DNA of 64,000 nucleotides from an uncultured Nitrososphaeraceae archaeon (GCA_963765895.1 CAVXZB010000012.1:1-64000); one strand, 5' to 3'; shown: positions 24,067 through 35,544, numbered from the stretch's first letter. Made by a program: numbers and translations. The notes: generated by a model from the sequence alone, not told the origin.

Positions 24067-24562
24067 ATGGGAGCGCAACAACATTCGAAAGCAGACAAAC
24101 ATCCAAACGATTCGAGAGCTGAGATGACAATTATGATGCTCGCCTTCAGACGCTAATCCAAAAGGCAATGTGTTCGGAGGTGTTATATTAAAACATGTAG
24201 ATCTTATTGCAGGTTTATGCGCCAAAAGACATGCTGGTCGTGCCAATATCGTCACGGCAAGTATGGATAGAATGACTTTTTTAAAGCCTATATTCATTGG
24301 TAATGCACTAATTCTTTCTGCAAGACTAAATTATGTAAAAAGATCTTCTATGGAAGTTGAAGTTACTGTGGAAGCTGAAGATCTAGACGACAGTATGAGA
24401 ATTCACGCAGGAACAGCATTTGTTACCATGGTTGCTCTTGATAAATATGGAAAGCCTACAGAAGTTCCAGCACTGATATTGGAAAGAGATGATTATAAAA
24501 TACGATTTCAACAAGGTGAAGCAAGAATGATTTCTCGTCTAAAGGAAGCAGGCAGAATGTAA
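24067..24562 (+). CDS. Acyl-CoA thioesterase (HotDog fold); +1 frameshift at about 24141
   Basis: Restored MMLPSDANPKGNVFGGVILKHVD, IVTASMD, FLKPI, SSMEVEV, FVTMVALD. Confidence 0.9.
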
Positions 24563-25212
24563 TTCAGATACTTTTAGGCTGTTCTTTTCAATTCTATTTA
24601 TAGTCTGGTAATTTCAAGGTACATCTCCTTCTGCAGCCAAAAATACAATGTCAGAAGGTCTTACCTATGAATCGCCATTATGTTCACTTATCTATGAATG
24701 AGGATACAGCATTACAGATAGGAAAGTGCAATACCACTTTAAAAAAAGGAAGAAGTGATAATCACTATTTATGCAATTGAAGCATCACTATAATACAGAA
24801 ATCTCTTTTTATCAAGCTTCAGATTCAGTATGGCTGAAATTAAAACATCATCCATTTACCATATGAGAAAAGTATCATAGATGTATTAGAGATTTGGCAA
24901 TAATCATCTACATTGCTTAATTAAGAATTGCTTACGAATGCATCTTCATAAGGATACCTTATGAAAGATTGTTATATTCAAAGCCAGAGTGAAAGCCAAA
25001 AAAGTTGTGTACTGAGGTTATAGAGTTGATTATTATGGTAATCATGAAAACTACAGATTATTTTAATTTCTTAAAATTGCACTAAGGTTTATTATTAAGA
25101 AATTAAGAACCTAATTAAATGTTATCAGTTCTTCAATAACTAGATTTAAAAGCAATGTGAAGAAGACCAAAGACTATAACCCTTATGAGATATTTCGATC
25201 ATAATAAAACAA

Positions 25213-25558
25213 ATGTCCAATGTATCAACTGATCGAAACTATACAGACAATACACAATCTGGGGTCGGTGCAACGACGGAAAGGGTAGTGACTCTACAGG
25301 GGAACCAGCTACAAATGAGACAACGGATAGAGATGCAGCATCTAAAATGGCAAATCTACTGGAGGGTTTACAATTTCCGGCAACTAAAGAAGATATAAAA
25401 ACCATATAAATAGAAAATCCCCTACTATGGCAAATAGAATTAATGATATACTAGAAGCTGTTCAAAATCGTCTTGAAGATGGTGTTAAATATGACAGTGT
25501 CTATACAATAGAGTTAGCTGCAGGGTTAGGTACAGAAAAAAGAATGAATATTTATTGA
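25213..25558 (+). CDS. DUF2795-like protein (-1 frameshift in the G run at about 25300)
   Basis: Second frame MANLLEGLQFPATKEDI...YDSVYTIELAAG. Confidence 0.7.
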
Positions 25559-25738
25559 TTATAGTAAATCGTTTATTTTAGGTTCGTAGTGAAAGTTGTA
25601 AGTGATAGCGAGGACGATAATCTTTTGCTTTTATGGAACAAAGGTTATAGTGAGGAGAAATTAGCTCGTATTCTAGTTTTTATATACACTAACTTATCCA
25701 AGCGATCCACCAGCGAATAATGTGTAATGGTCAACAAC

Positions 25739-26215
25739 CTAGGTTTTCTTGTGAAGATAATTCATTTCTTTTCTTAGGACTGGTGATATTAAGATAATAC
25801 AACCATTTGAAAATCTGAATAATATTACACATCTAATATTGTAACTTCCTATCCATTTATGCAATGGATCTTCATCCTCAGGCTTGCGACTTTTATCCAA
25901 ATAGGAAAGAACATCCTCTCTTGTCATATTAATAAATTTCTTGTTAGTTCCAACTATCCTTGATAATTCTGAAAGAAACTAAATTGTATATCTAACGTAG
26001 TTATATCTTGGATTAATTTCTCTTTTCATTGCTATGATATAGTCACATATTGTCATGGCATTTTCTTTTGATACTCTGTTTCTATCGTTAAGAGCTAATT
26101 CAGGGAACTTTCTTGTAAAACATTCTGTTGCTAGAGTTATTCTCCTTTCCAGTATTTCATCGTTTAGTACTGCTAGTTCGCCTGTCGTTATTGTGCCAGC
26201 TATTGACTTTTTAAT
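25739..26215 (-). pseudogene. N-terminal fragment of a tyrosine recombinase/integrase
   Basis: SKENAMTICDYIIAMKREINP, MTREDVLSYLDKSRKPEDEDPLHKWIGSYN; internal stop; no catalytic domain. Confidence 0.7.
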
Positions 26216-26335
26216 ATCTATAGTCTTTTTAACTTATGGAACACTCCAGTTGTATCAAACTAGTATCTTAATAATACTTTCTATGAGGGAGTATTACTAT
26301 GCGGTAATATTTAATCATACAATATAGTATCATTA

Positions 26336-27121
26336 TTATACAGAACTGAGAAAGTTATCAATTCTAATTTGTAAATCCTTGTTAATTTCAGGGATAGATC
26401 TATTTCCATTAATTGGAATTAAGCCATATTGTTTTTGCATTCTGAGGAATTCCTTAGCTATCATGCCTTGATATCTCAAAAAAGAATCTAGCATATCTTC
26501 AGATAGACCAAGATCAGCGCCTGATTCATAGTAATCTAACGACAAATTCTTTTGAAATACTCTATGCATTAATTCACTTGGATGTACATCAAGATAGAAT
26601 ACCAAGTCTGGTCTAATTGCAAATCCAAACAAATTGTGAGACCATCTTCTGTTTATCCCTCTGACGGCATCCCGGGCCATAAGGGTAAATATGTATCTAT
26701 CTGCAAGCACGACATAACCTGAACACAGAGCAGGTACAATCTTATTTTCAAGTTGATCTGCAACATCTGCAGCATAAAATAAACTTAATGTCCTTTTTCC
26801 TAAAACGAAGTTTCTTTTTGCTTCAAGTATCCCAGCTCCTATGAGTTCTGATCGCCTGAGACCAGTATTTAATACAGCATGGCCATCAGCTTCCAATTTA
26901 GATGTAATCATTGTGATCTGCGTACTTCGTCCTGAAGAATCTGGTCCTTCAATAACAATAAGACGACCTTTCATCTCTTTATCCCCTAAATATGAAATAC
27001 CCTCTCCATAATAGGCTAATTGTTTGTGACCTATGGATTTTAGATTAGTAGAATTAAGGATGCCATGTTTTGTATTTTGCAACAAATGCCGCCTCGGTCT
27101 TCTCCTGTTTTGCCTACCCAA
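26336..27121 (-). CDS. Thymidylate-kinase-like protein with degenerate P-loop; probable non-catalytic PPK3 subunit
   Basis: IEGPDSSGRST (K to R), LADRY, PDLVFYLD; in operon with ppx. Confidence 0.85.
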   Translation of the reverse strand: MGRQNRRRPRRHLLQNTKHGILNSTNLKSIGHKQLAYYGEGISYLGDKEMKGRLIVIEGPDSSGRSTQITMITSKLEADGHAVLNTGLRRSELIGAGILEAKRNFVLGKRTLSLFYAADVADQLENKIVPALCSGYVVLADRYIFTLMARDAVRGINRRWSHNLFGFAIRPDLVFYLDVHPSELMHRVFQKNLSLDYYESGADLGLSEDMLDSFLRYQGMIAKEFLRMQKQYGLIPINGNRSIPEINKDLQIRIDNFLSSV

Positions 27122-27141
27122 TTCAAGTATTCATCTCCATA

Positions 27142-27840
27142 TTATTTTCGTAATTCTTTCAATTGAAATTGATTTCGACGAATTGTGGACTTAAAATGAT
27201 TTCGTACAATTTGTTGTTGTTCTTCTATTCCAAAAGTGCCATCTATGATAATAAATCCTTCGTTCTCAGTCATCGATTCATACTGGTCTATAATTCTACT
27301 TTGGAAAATTCTATAACTTTCATATTGGTCGTTACTCAAATTCATATCCATTCCTGCTTCATAATATTTTAGTTTAGGTCTACCTGTCAATATTCTTTCG
27401 ATTGCAATATCTATAGGCACTCTAAAGTAAAAAGTCAAGTCAGGCTTTCTTGCATAGTCATAAACTTGTTGTATCCACTTAGAACTACATCCCCTTACAA
27501 TATCTCTCGCATATGCGGTATACACATATCTATCTGCTAAGACAATGTAACCCGCACGAAGCAGTGGGAAAATATTTCGTTCGTATCTATCAGCAAAATC
27601 AGTTGCATGTAATAAGCTAAAAGTTGTTGGCGTTAGTTTACCTTTCTTTTTTCCCTTCGATGTGATTTCTTTGACCATTTCAGATGAATTCCATTCGGTT
27701 AAAAATACTGGCAGACCTTCGAACCTTAGCCATTTTTCAAGTAACCGAATCTGAGTAGACTTACCAGAGCCATCAATACCTTCAACTACGACAAGCTTAC
27801 CTTTAACTTCGAATTTGTCTTGGGATAAAGAATACTTCAT
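27142..27840 (-). CDS. Thymidylate-kinase-like protein; probable catalytic PPK3 subunit
   Basis: VEGIDGSGKST, LLHATDFADR, LADRYVYTAYARD. Confidence 0.88.
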   Translation of the reverse strand: MKYSLSQDKFEVKGKLVVVEGIDGSGKSTQIRLLEKWLRFEGLPVFLTEWNSSEMVKEITSKGKKKGKLTPTTFSLLHATDFADRYERNIFPLLRAGYIVLADRYVYTAYARDIVRGCSSKWIQQVYDYARKPDLTFYFRVPIDIAIERILTGRPKLKYYEAGMDMNLSNDQYESYRIFQSRIIDQYESMTENEGFIIIDGTFGIEEQQQIVRNHFKSTIRRNQFQLKELRK

Positions 27841-27848
27841 ATCTACAT

Positions 27849-29399
27849 CTACTTTTTGTTATCCCTCATTCTTATCAATGGAACGTTAATATTATGTGAA
27901 TCAGATACCACTTTTTCAAAATAAAGGGAATAATCAATTGAAATGTCAAATGCATTTTCTATTTTCTTGATTGCACCATCTAATAATATATATGGGAAAT
28001 GTTTTTTACTTGTTCCTATATTAATATCAAGTGTAATCTTCTTTTTGCTTAAATCTTGTACATTAACCTTACATCTATTCCTTTGTAGTATACTAATAAG
28101 CGTAATACAAGCAGCAATTTTTTCAATAGATAGTTTATTTTGAGGTTGCAATATGGATTTATATCTTTCAAATAACCAATTTGCAGTTTTTACCTTTCTA
28201 GTATAAACTATTGATAGAGCAAGTACCAGCTGCTCACCATGGGTAAGATATTTGAAATCATCATCTATAATCATGTAAAACAGATTGTGTATATTTGTAA
28301 CATATGGTAACTCAGATATTTGTTTTAATGCAATAGCAAGTATCTCGTATTCCCTTTCCTTAATTAATCCTGTTGAAAGCAATGATAGCATAAAGTTTTT
28401 TCCAGATCTTGGCAGTTTTTGTAACTTGCAACTAGACTTGATTGAGTTTTGAATCTGATCTAAACTCTTCGAAAATTTCATAGAGTTTAGATATGATAAA
28501 AGAACTCCTTCTCTCAATCCTTGCGAACTTACAATGATCTTATCAAATCGTAATTCCTGCATTAAAAGATGTATTATACATGAACCTGTTGTGATAGTTT
28601 CTGCTCTATCCTTACCGATTGCCTCAATATTCGCAAGTTCATGTGGTGTCATTTTAGAGAATTTATTATTAATTAATTCAACTGATTTGTTGTCAATGTG
28701 ATAATTATGGATTTTATTAAGTGCATATTTACTAACTTCTTGATCATATCTAGCTATTGCACGCAGCGTGCCTCCAACCCCGATGAGCGAAGTATCAGGG
28801 CTTAAATTAAGATCTTTTCTGCTTGGCAGATTTTTAATTATATAATCCTTCATCTTTTCATAATCCTTTTTGTCAAACATAGTATATTGGGAATTTGATA
28901 TTCCATATTTCTGCGATAGCCTTAATACCCCAAATGGTAATGATACAAGTTTCTTGATATTAAAATTTTCTGTGTATACCATTTCCAGACTACCACCACC
29001 TAAATCAAAGAAGAGGGACGTGGGAATACATGTGGAATTTGATGCCCCCATGTAAGAGTATAATGCTTCTTCCTCTTCAGATAGTACCCTGAATTGAAAT
29101 TCTGTCTCTTCTTTTAGCTCCTTAAGAAACTTTTCTCTGTTTCCAGCTTCTCTAACTGCACTTGTAGCTACCGGAAGCACATGTCCAATTGATTCAAACT
29201 TGATGATATCTCTAAACATTTTTAATGCATTGACTGTTCGCTGAATAGATTTTCTTGCAATATTGCCAGTGGTAACGAGATCATCTCCGGCTTTAACTTT
29301 TATACCCTCTTGAAAGTATGCCTTATAGAGACCTCTTTGTACTTTATAATTCGCTAATTTTATTGAATTATAACCAAGATCTATTATAGATATTTTCAA
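27849..29399 (-). CDS. ppx: Exopolyphosphatase Ppx/GppA
   Basis: IIDLGYNSIK, VATSAVREAGN, EEEALYSY, FDLGGGSLE, GVGGTLR, GLREG. Confidence 0.92.
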   Translation of the reverse strand: MKISIIDLGYNSIKLANYKVQRGLYKAYFQEGIKVKAGDDLVTTGNIARKSIQRTVNALKMFRDIIKFESIGHVLPVATSAVREAGNREKFLKELKEETEFQFRVLSEEEEALYSYMGASNSTCIPTSLFFDLGGGSLEMVYTENFNIKKLVSLPFGVLRLSQKYGISNSQYTMFDKKDYEKMKDYIIKNLPSRKDLNLSPDTSLIGVGGTLRAIARYDQEVSKYALNKIHNYHIDNKSVELINNKFSKMTPHELANIEAIGKDRAETITTGSCIIHLLMQELRFDKIIVSSQGLREGVLLSYLNSMKFSKSLDQIQNSIKSSCKLQKLPRSGKNFMLSLLSTGLIKEREYEILAIALKQISELPYVTNIHNLFYMIIDDDFKYLTHGEQLVLALSIVYTRKVKTANWLFERYKSILQPQNKLSIEKIAACITLISILQRNRCKVNVQDLSKKKITLDINIGTSKKHFPYILLDGAIKKIENAFDISIDYSLYFEKVVSDSHNINVPLIRMRDNKK

Positions 29400-29616
29400 A
29401 TCTTAGCTACCATCCCGCATTATAATAACAACAATAAGATTAAAAAATGTAAGGAAGTTTTTCATTTTATATAAAAGTCTTCGCTCGACCTTATATTTTA
29501 GTTAGATGTATATAGATCACATAGATTCTATAGCATTAAAAATCCGGCTCCGTATTCATATAATATAGCCTCTTAGCAATTCGAATTTAATATTATAATA
29601 GACTATTATATTATTT

Positions 29617-30280
29617 GGCCCTGTCCACTTAACGATAAACCTACAGCTTGAAGATGCTCTATCTCCGTTGTGATTATTTAGAAACAGAACATCTTCACCG
29701 TATATTGGCTATAGTCTGTATTTGTACTTTTCAAGTTTGTCTTTTGAGAAGAGTGTCCGAAAGGCTTTCCTGTTTTATCAAGCGAAACCATGTTTCCATC
29801 TGGAACTGGATTCAAAAATACAAACCATAAAGGATATCTTCAAGAAAAAGTATCCGAGTTTATTATCGAGGAAGCCCAAATCAAGGCTGGTTCAGAATTA
29901 ATTTGGCTTTGGATCGCTACTGAGACAAAAACAAGGAAATTCTCGCACTAAGCCTATCCGAAGAGAGAAACATGTTCATTGCTGAGAGGTTTATCTCTGG
30001 TTTGACTATGATTTACAGAAAAACATCCAGTTTCCATAGCTGGGGGTACTTGGTATCCACAGGCATGTCGGTTCCTGAACTTAAAGCATCATATTCATTC
30101 ACCCTATGAGAAAAGCATTATTGAAAGGACAATATAGTATATCAAGGACAGGATAGAATGCTTTGACGACTATTTTCAATGTAGAATAAAAAGTTGTAAA
30201 TTAAAGCATGTGATGAACTGGTTAAATCTGTTTCTTGACTATCACAATAGTGAATTAAAAATGCTTAAGTGAACAGAGCC
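29617..30280 (+). mobile_element. Degenerate IS6-family insertion sequence
   Basis: TIRs GGCCCTGTCCACTTAA / TTAAGTGAACAGAGCC (14/16); perfect TSD TATTATTT (29609-29616, 30281-30288); RNHVSIWNWIQKY, GGTWYPQAC, EKSIIER. Confidence 0.9.
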
Positions 30281-30788
30281 TATTATTTACAAAGCTTTGG
30301 TAGACAATTAAGTTACAAGGTAAGAAAGATAGATTTAAACTATTGATGCTAAACAAAATTAAATATGCCGCAAGTAAAGTATATGGACATTCAAAATTCG
30401 CTAATTCGCATGATTAGTTCGCACAAGAATGAACAAATGTAAAAGAGAACATTTTTCTTTTATCTAACATGTTTGTTTTTGAAGATAACTTCCTAAATTA
30501 AGATCTATTTACTATATAACAGTATTACAGCTTATTTACCTCTTCCTGTAACAATTAAGAAATCAAATCTAATCTACAACAAGTTATACAAGACTTGTAG
30601 AATAATAAATGATTTACCATGAGTAATTCTCATACGATCCACTCCCTCCATATCGTGTTCTTCGTAATTTAAATATCCACAATTAAATAATAATGTGATA
30701 GATTAGCGGCATTTCATACTCACTCGGGTAGTGATTGTCTAGAATATCAAGATATAGTTGGAGATAAAACACTTGAATACCGATATAC

Positions 30789-32652
30789 TTGATGTCAGAA
30801 AGACCTATAGTTTTTTGCGAAATGCTCAGACTACATCTTGTACAGTCTTCAGAGATAACTACGGCCTGTGTCTCTCAAAATTTGTTCAAGCTGGATTATC
30901 CATATGGTGCAATTCGAAGTGATAAGGATTACCTGATTGCCAACACTGTTCATGATATAATGAGCTTGTGCATGAACGGTCCAATCATCGAAAATTGGCA
31001 GTACCGATTCAAAGGACTATGAAAATCTCACCGAGAAAATAGTCCATGAATCACATGATATACTGAATGAAATTATTAATTATACACTAGATACTACAAA
31101 TAAAGAAAACAGATTCGTTCCACATGATTTCAAAGCTCGCGTCAATGAGATCTATCGTGGTCTAATTATAGGAATCAGCAAACGGCTAATGAAGAAGCAT
31201 GAAAAACCTAATAGAATTATAACTGAGATTACAATAACGAATATCAAAGATCATCATGAAGGAAGAATTGATGCCCTACTAGAATATCCTCATGGTTATG
31301 GGATACTTGACTGGAAAACATATGATTTAAGCAAGGCTATTAGCGATCGCGAGAAATGGCAACTAATCGCAAATATTTTACTCGCAAATTATAGATATCG
31401 TCAGAATGAAGATGATTGGAACAGATATAATTTTTCTTGCATTGTTCACAATACTGGAGCCTATTTTCCTAAACTTGGCATCATCAAGAAAGAAGTGGAG
31501 AAAGTTAAAATTAACAGAAAATTTGCTCATGATGTTCTTTGTTGTAAGTATGTACGTATACAGAGGCAAACATTTTGTCCTGTATGTGACAAGGGTTTAG
31601 AAGGAAGCAAAGAATGTCTTTTCTATCAGCTTGATTCTAGACTAGTCTACTATGGTAAACTACCCGCACAGTACGACAAGATGACAAGGCAATTTTTTGC
31701 TAAGCGTTACGCTATTCTAAAGGAAAGAGCCGAAACCCACTTACATAAACATGTAGCTTCCATGTTGATAGATCGACACGGCGAGGAAGAGGCCTTACGA
31801 AGACTAGAGAGAACTGGAGTAATTTGTGCTAAATATATTTATGATTTTGATGTTGAGGAAAGAGTGATTTTGTCAAGAAATGATGATGACTTTTCGTTGG
31901 AGCCTCGTAGGATTGTAAGAGTTATTGGTATGGAACGAGATAGACCCTTACTTTCGCGTATTAGTGAACAGGCCAAATTTGACACACTTTTTACAATTCA
32001 TCGGTTACCAGATAAGCTTGCTATGCTCGTCGACGAATTTGCTGATTATGGTGGTTTACGGGCCGCTGAAGACATAGCAGCTAGATGATTAAAAGTGAAT
32101 AAGGATATTGATATTGAATTTAGATCTATAATTAATCCAGATGAAGTGATTACTTGGGCAGATCTGAATGGTACCTAAGAAATGGCTGGTCCTAGCTCCT
32201 GGTATAATGATACAGAGGCTAAGGCCTGCGTCAAGATCTGTTGTGAACTTAGAAGAGTAGCACCTTCCAAGTCAATATCAATTGTAACTAGATACACCGA
32301 ACAGAGACGTACAATAACCAAATATCTTCGGAATTTTGATGTTAACGTAAGAGTGTTGACATCTACTGGAGCGTTGGGAACACAAGCTGATGTAGTTCTT
32401 TTTTCCATAGTAAGAAACAATCCTGAGAGAATTGTTGGTGCAGTAGGGTCACTTCAAGATCTGAATGTTGCAATCTAAAGATCTAAGGAAAAGTTGATAA
32501 TTGTTGGAAATTTCGAAATGATGCTGAATGGTTATTCTAGTTCATACGATATGAACCACCGAATAAAACAGAACTTTTCACGGAAGCTTGCCAACCTAGT
32601 TGATAAGAAATATGGAGATGTTGTACAAGTCTCATCTAGGCTGTCTCACTAA
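30789..32652 (+). pseudogene. PD-(D/E)xK nuclease plus SF1 helicase C-terminal domain (Dna2/Cas4-like fusion), internally deleted
   Basis: EGRIDALL...ILDWKT, WQL, FCPVC...C; later SWYNDTEA, IVTRYTEQ, GTQADVVLFSIVR, LNVAI*RSKEKLIIVGN; no Walker A/B region. Confidence 0.72.
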
Positions 32653-33005
32653 GATGATCCACTCAAGCTACCGACCTATATTCGACTTCTCTTACAGCTA
32701 TGATACCTACATTTTCTAATCATTCTGGAAATCCAAATTGGCAGTAACTATATTATATCATATTGGTAATCTTCAAGTTGGTATTAGCAGGATTCTAAAA
32801 CCATGTATTTCCATGATTACTGTCATATACTAAGTAAATTGTACATATCTCTAACATATCACGTCGACTATTTCTATCAGCATCAACATTGGGCTTTATT
32901 TCAGCTTGAACAGATGTGCCAATATAATTACAAGGTACTCTGATGTAAGTAGTCAATCGTTACACTGGTCTAGGGTTTATTTTCTCACATTGTTTGGTTT
33001 AATTT

Positions 33006-33509
33006 CTATATTTTTCTTAAAAGTTTTGGACTCAATAACCAACGTAGTTCGCCTTTCATTGTAGGCATCAAGGATGTTATTTCAATTTTTGCCAAGCCAG
33101 ATTTTTTAAGAATTATCCTAGGATCATTATCACCATCATGGTCAAATATCAGATCACCTATCATTTCGCTAAGGTAAGGTTGATGCCCAATGATTAAGAG
33201 CGACAAGTCCGATTTCAATTGTGATAATTTTTTATACAGCTCTAATCTATTGCCTTCAGGTTTTAATTCGCCCCAATCTTCCACTCTATCTTCAATTGCA
33301 AATACATTAGATACAATAACAGCTGTTTGATGCGCTCTTGTTAGAGGACTAGTAATTATGCGATCGAAATTAATCTTTAATTTCTTTAATGATATCGATA
33401 TACTTTCTACCTCTTTTTGACCTGTAGATGTAAGTGGTCTATCAAAGTCCTTACTTCCAGACTGCAATCTTTTTCCTGCCTCACCATGACGAAATAGAAA
33501 TAACTCCAT
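33006..33509 (-). CDS. sixA: Phosphohistidine phosphatase SixA
   Basis: LFRHGEA, DRPLTSTG, SPLTRAHQTA, IGHQP. Confidence 0.92.
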   Translation of the reverse strand: MELFLFRHGEAGKRLQSGSKDFDRPLTSTGQKEVESISISLKKLKINFDRIITSPLTRAHQTAVIVSNVFAIEDRVEDWGELKPEGNRLELYKKLSQLKSDLSLLIIGHQPYLSEMIGDLIFDHDGDNDPRIILKKSGLAKIEITSLMPTMKGELRWLLSPKLLRKI

Positions 33510-34085
33510 TTTACGGAATATTGGTACTAAATATTATTTATTATTTAAGATTTAATATTCTGTAATAAATTAATGCGCATTATCAATAACTTTGAGTAAG
33601 ATAAAAATAATTTCAATGTGTTACAATAAAATTTTAGATCGTCCTATTACTCTAGCTCCATAGATTTTGCTAATTTTGTCAAAGAAAATATAGTTTAACT
33701 TTGAAATTCTACCGGATATAAATAGGTATTGCTAGTATATTTGGCGAAACATAAGCTATCCGCTGACTGTACATAGCAATACATAAAATGTGATCCAATA
33801 TCAAACACTTATTGATTAGGTAGCACTAAAGAAGAGAAACAATCAAATTGTGGTTCAATTCAAATGTAGCAAAAGGCAAAAGTAATACTAACTATAGATA
33901 TCTCGACACGCCATGCCAACTATTGTACAAATATAAGGTACGATGTCGGCCCAAAATAAGATACTTATCTAAAACATGATATTTCAATCACGAATATAAA
34001 TTATGTAATAAAAGAGTCGGCCATATTTCATAATTTTATGATTTTAATGTATATATTGAATCAAATATTTATGTCTATTGTGATT

Positions 34086-34241
34086 TCAATAAGAATGAAC
34101 TTCGTTTTTATGTTCTATTAAATGTTTTTTCTTCTTAAATCTTTGATTACATTTTTCGCATTTGAATGGATTTTCAAATTCTAATAAAAAACGTTCTCTC
34201 CGCTGTTCCAGAGTTTCTTCTTTTATTGGTTTGTCTACCAT
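34086..34241 (-). CDS. 51-aa C2H2 zinc-finger microprotein (not in the ORF track)
   Basis: MVDKPIKEETLEQRRERFLLEFENPFKCEKCNQRFKKKKHLIEHKNEVHSY; canonical F-x-C-x2-C-x3-F-x5-L-x2-H-x4-H. Confidence 0.8.
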   Translation of the reverse strand: MVDKPIKEETLEQRRERFLLEFENPFKCEKCNQRFKKKKHLIEHKNEVHSY

Positions 34242-35099
34242 TTTCTTATTGTATTATTATCAAATATCAGGTTAATTACTTATCGATAAGATAGTCATGA
34301 ATACTACTATTTAGCTTTACACCACTTAAACCTATATAAAATAGTGGTTTTAGCTGCAAATAATACAACGTATTAAATATTAATAAGTACATCCTTTCCA
34401 ATAAACCAAATTTATTGCAAATTCCCTAACTAGGATCTTGCCAACATTTGCAGCTATTCATAATCATATAAAAACTGCTTATTTAGAGTAATATGATTAC
34501 ACATAAGAGCATACTACCATAATATCAAGTAGCATGTTTAATTTTAGATTCTGTTATACTCCTTTATTTGTTATACTTAGCCAAGGGCAATAATAGCCAC
34601 AGATGATCAAAAATTTATTCTACTTGATTATATATAATTGAAAGCTACAATGAAAATAAGGATGCTAGTAAATTTTAACGCCTTAGATTTAATGTAAAGG
34701 AAATCATGATATTCATCATGTATCGATCTATTATCTAATTTCTCTCCCGATTTAATTCTATTATATTTCTTTTATATTAGTTAAAGTTATTTCTGATTTA
34801 AGATATTGATCAATGTATCCCATACCAATTCCATTTATATTCTGTAAAGACCGAATTTTCATCCAGCCATCCAACAACTATATTTGTAGCTCACACCAAT
34901 TCTAGCATACTGTGCTTTTGTACACTAGAATTATTATCACTAATCGTTATTAAGAAAGCTTCTTTGGACTAGTATGAAATGACTGTCCCTAACATTTTGT
35001 TCTATTTTTGTCTACATTTGCTATGAATACTAAAAATATAATCATCAAATTAACTTTAATTAAAGTGATCAGTGTAGAAAAGCTAAGGCTACTTTTTTA

Positions 35100-35324
35100 G
35101 CCACGGGCAAGCATGGGAGATATATTGATTTAGTAAAGGGTAGAGTAGATGTTGATTTTGTTGCTCGCTTGGAGCGAAAGAACGACAGTCATACTATTTC
35201 AAATAAGACATTTGACTTTTCAAAAACTACGGTCCGACAGCTAATTCAAGACGGATATGACGAGAGTAAGGAACAGATGAAAGCAATAGTTGCTAGTTTA
35301 AAGAGGGAATTGTCTGGCACATAG
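35100..35324 (+). pseudogene. Isolated 3' fragment of a patatin paralogue
   Basis: Near-colinear with 4885-5109 (VDVDFVARLERKNDSHTISNKTFDFSKTT). Confidence 0.85.
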
Positions 35325-35544
35325 TCACTTTTCAAAAAACTACAATCCCGCGAGCGAAATTGAAAAAATAGTTAGAAAAATTTCAAAGGGACGCTAATTG
35401 ACCATCAAAACAAATAGCCAAGCTGTCAATTAACAAGTATAAAAGATTCACAATGCTTATCCAAGACTAGCTCACCATATAAAAATATATAAACAAGCTG
35501 GCTAAAATCCATGGAAGATATATATCAAATAGTGTTCAATTTCT

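Noticed and set aside
31189-32088. cas4 of a CRISPR-Cas locus
   Set aside because: No cas1/cas2 or array; followed by helicase motifs, fitting a Dna2-like fusion
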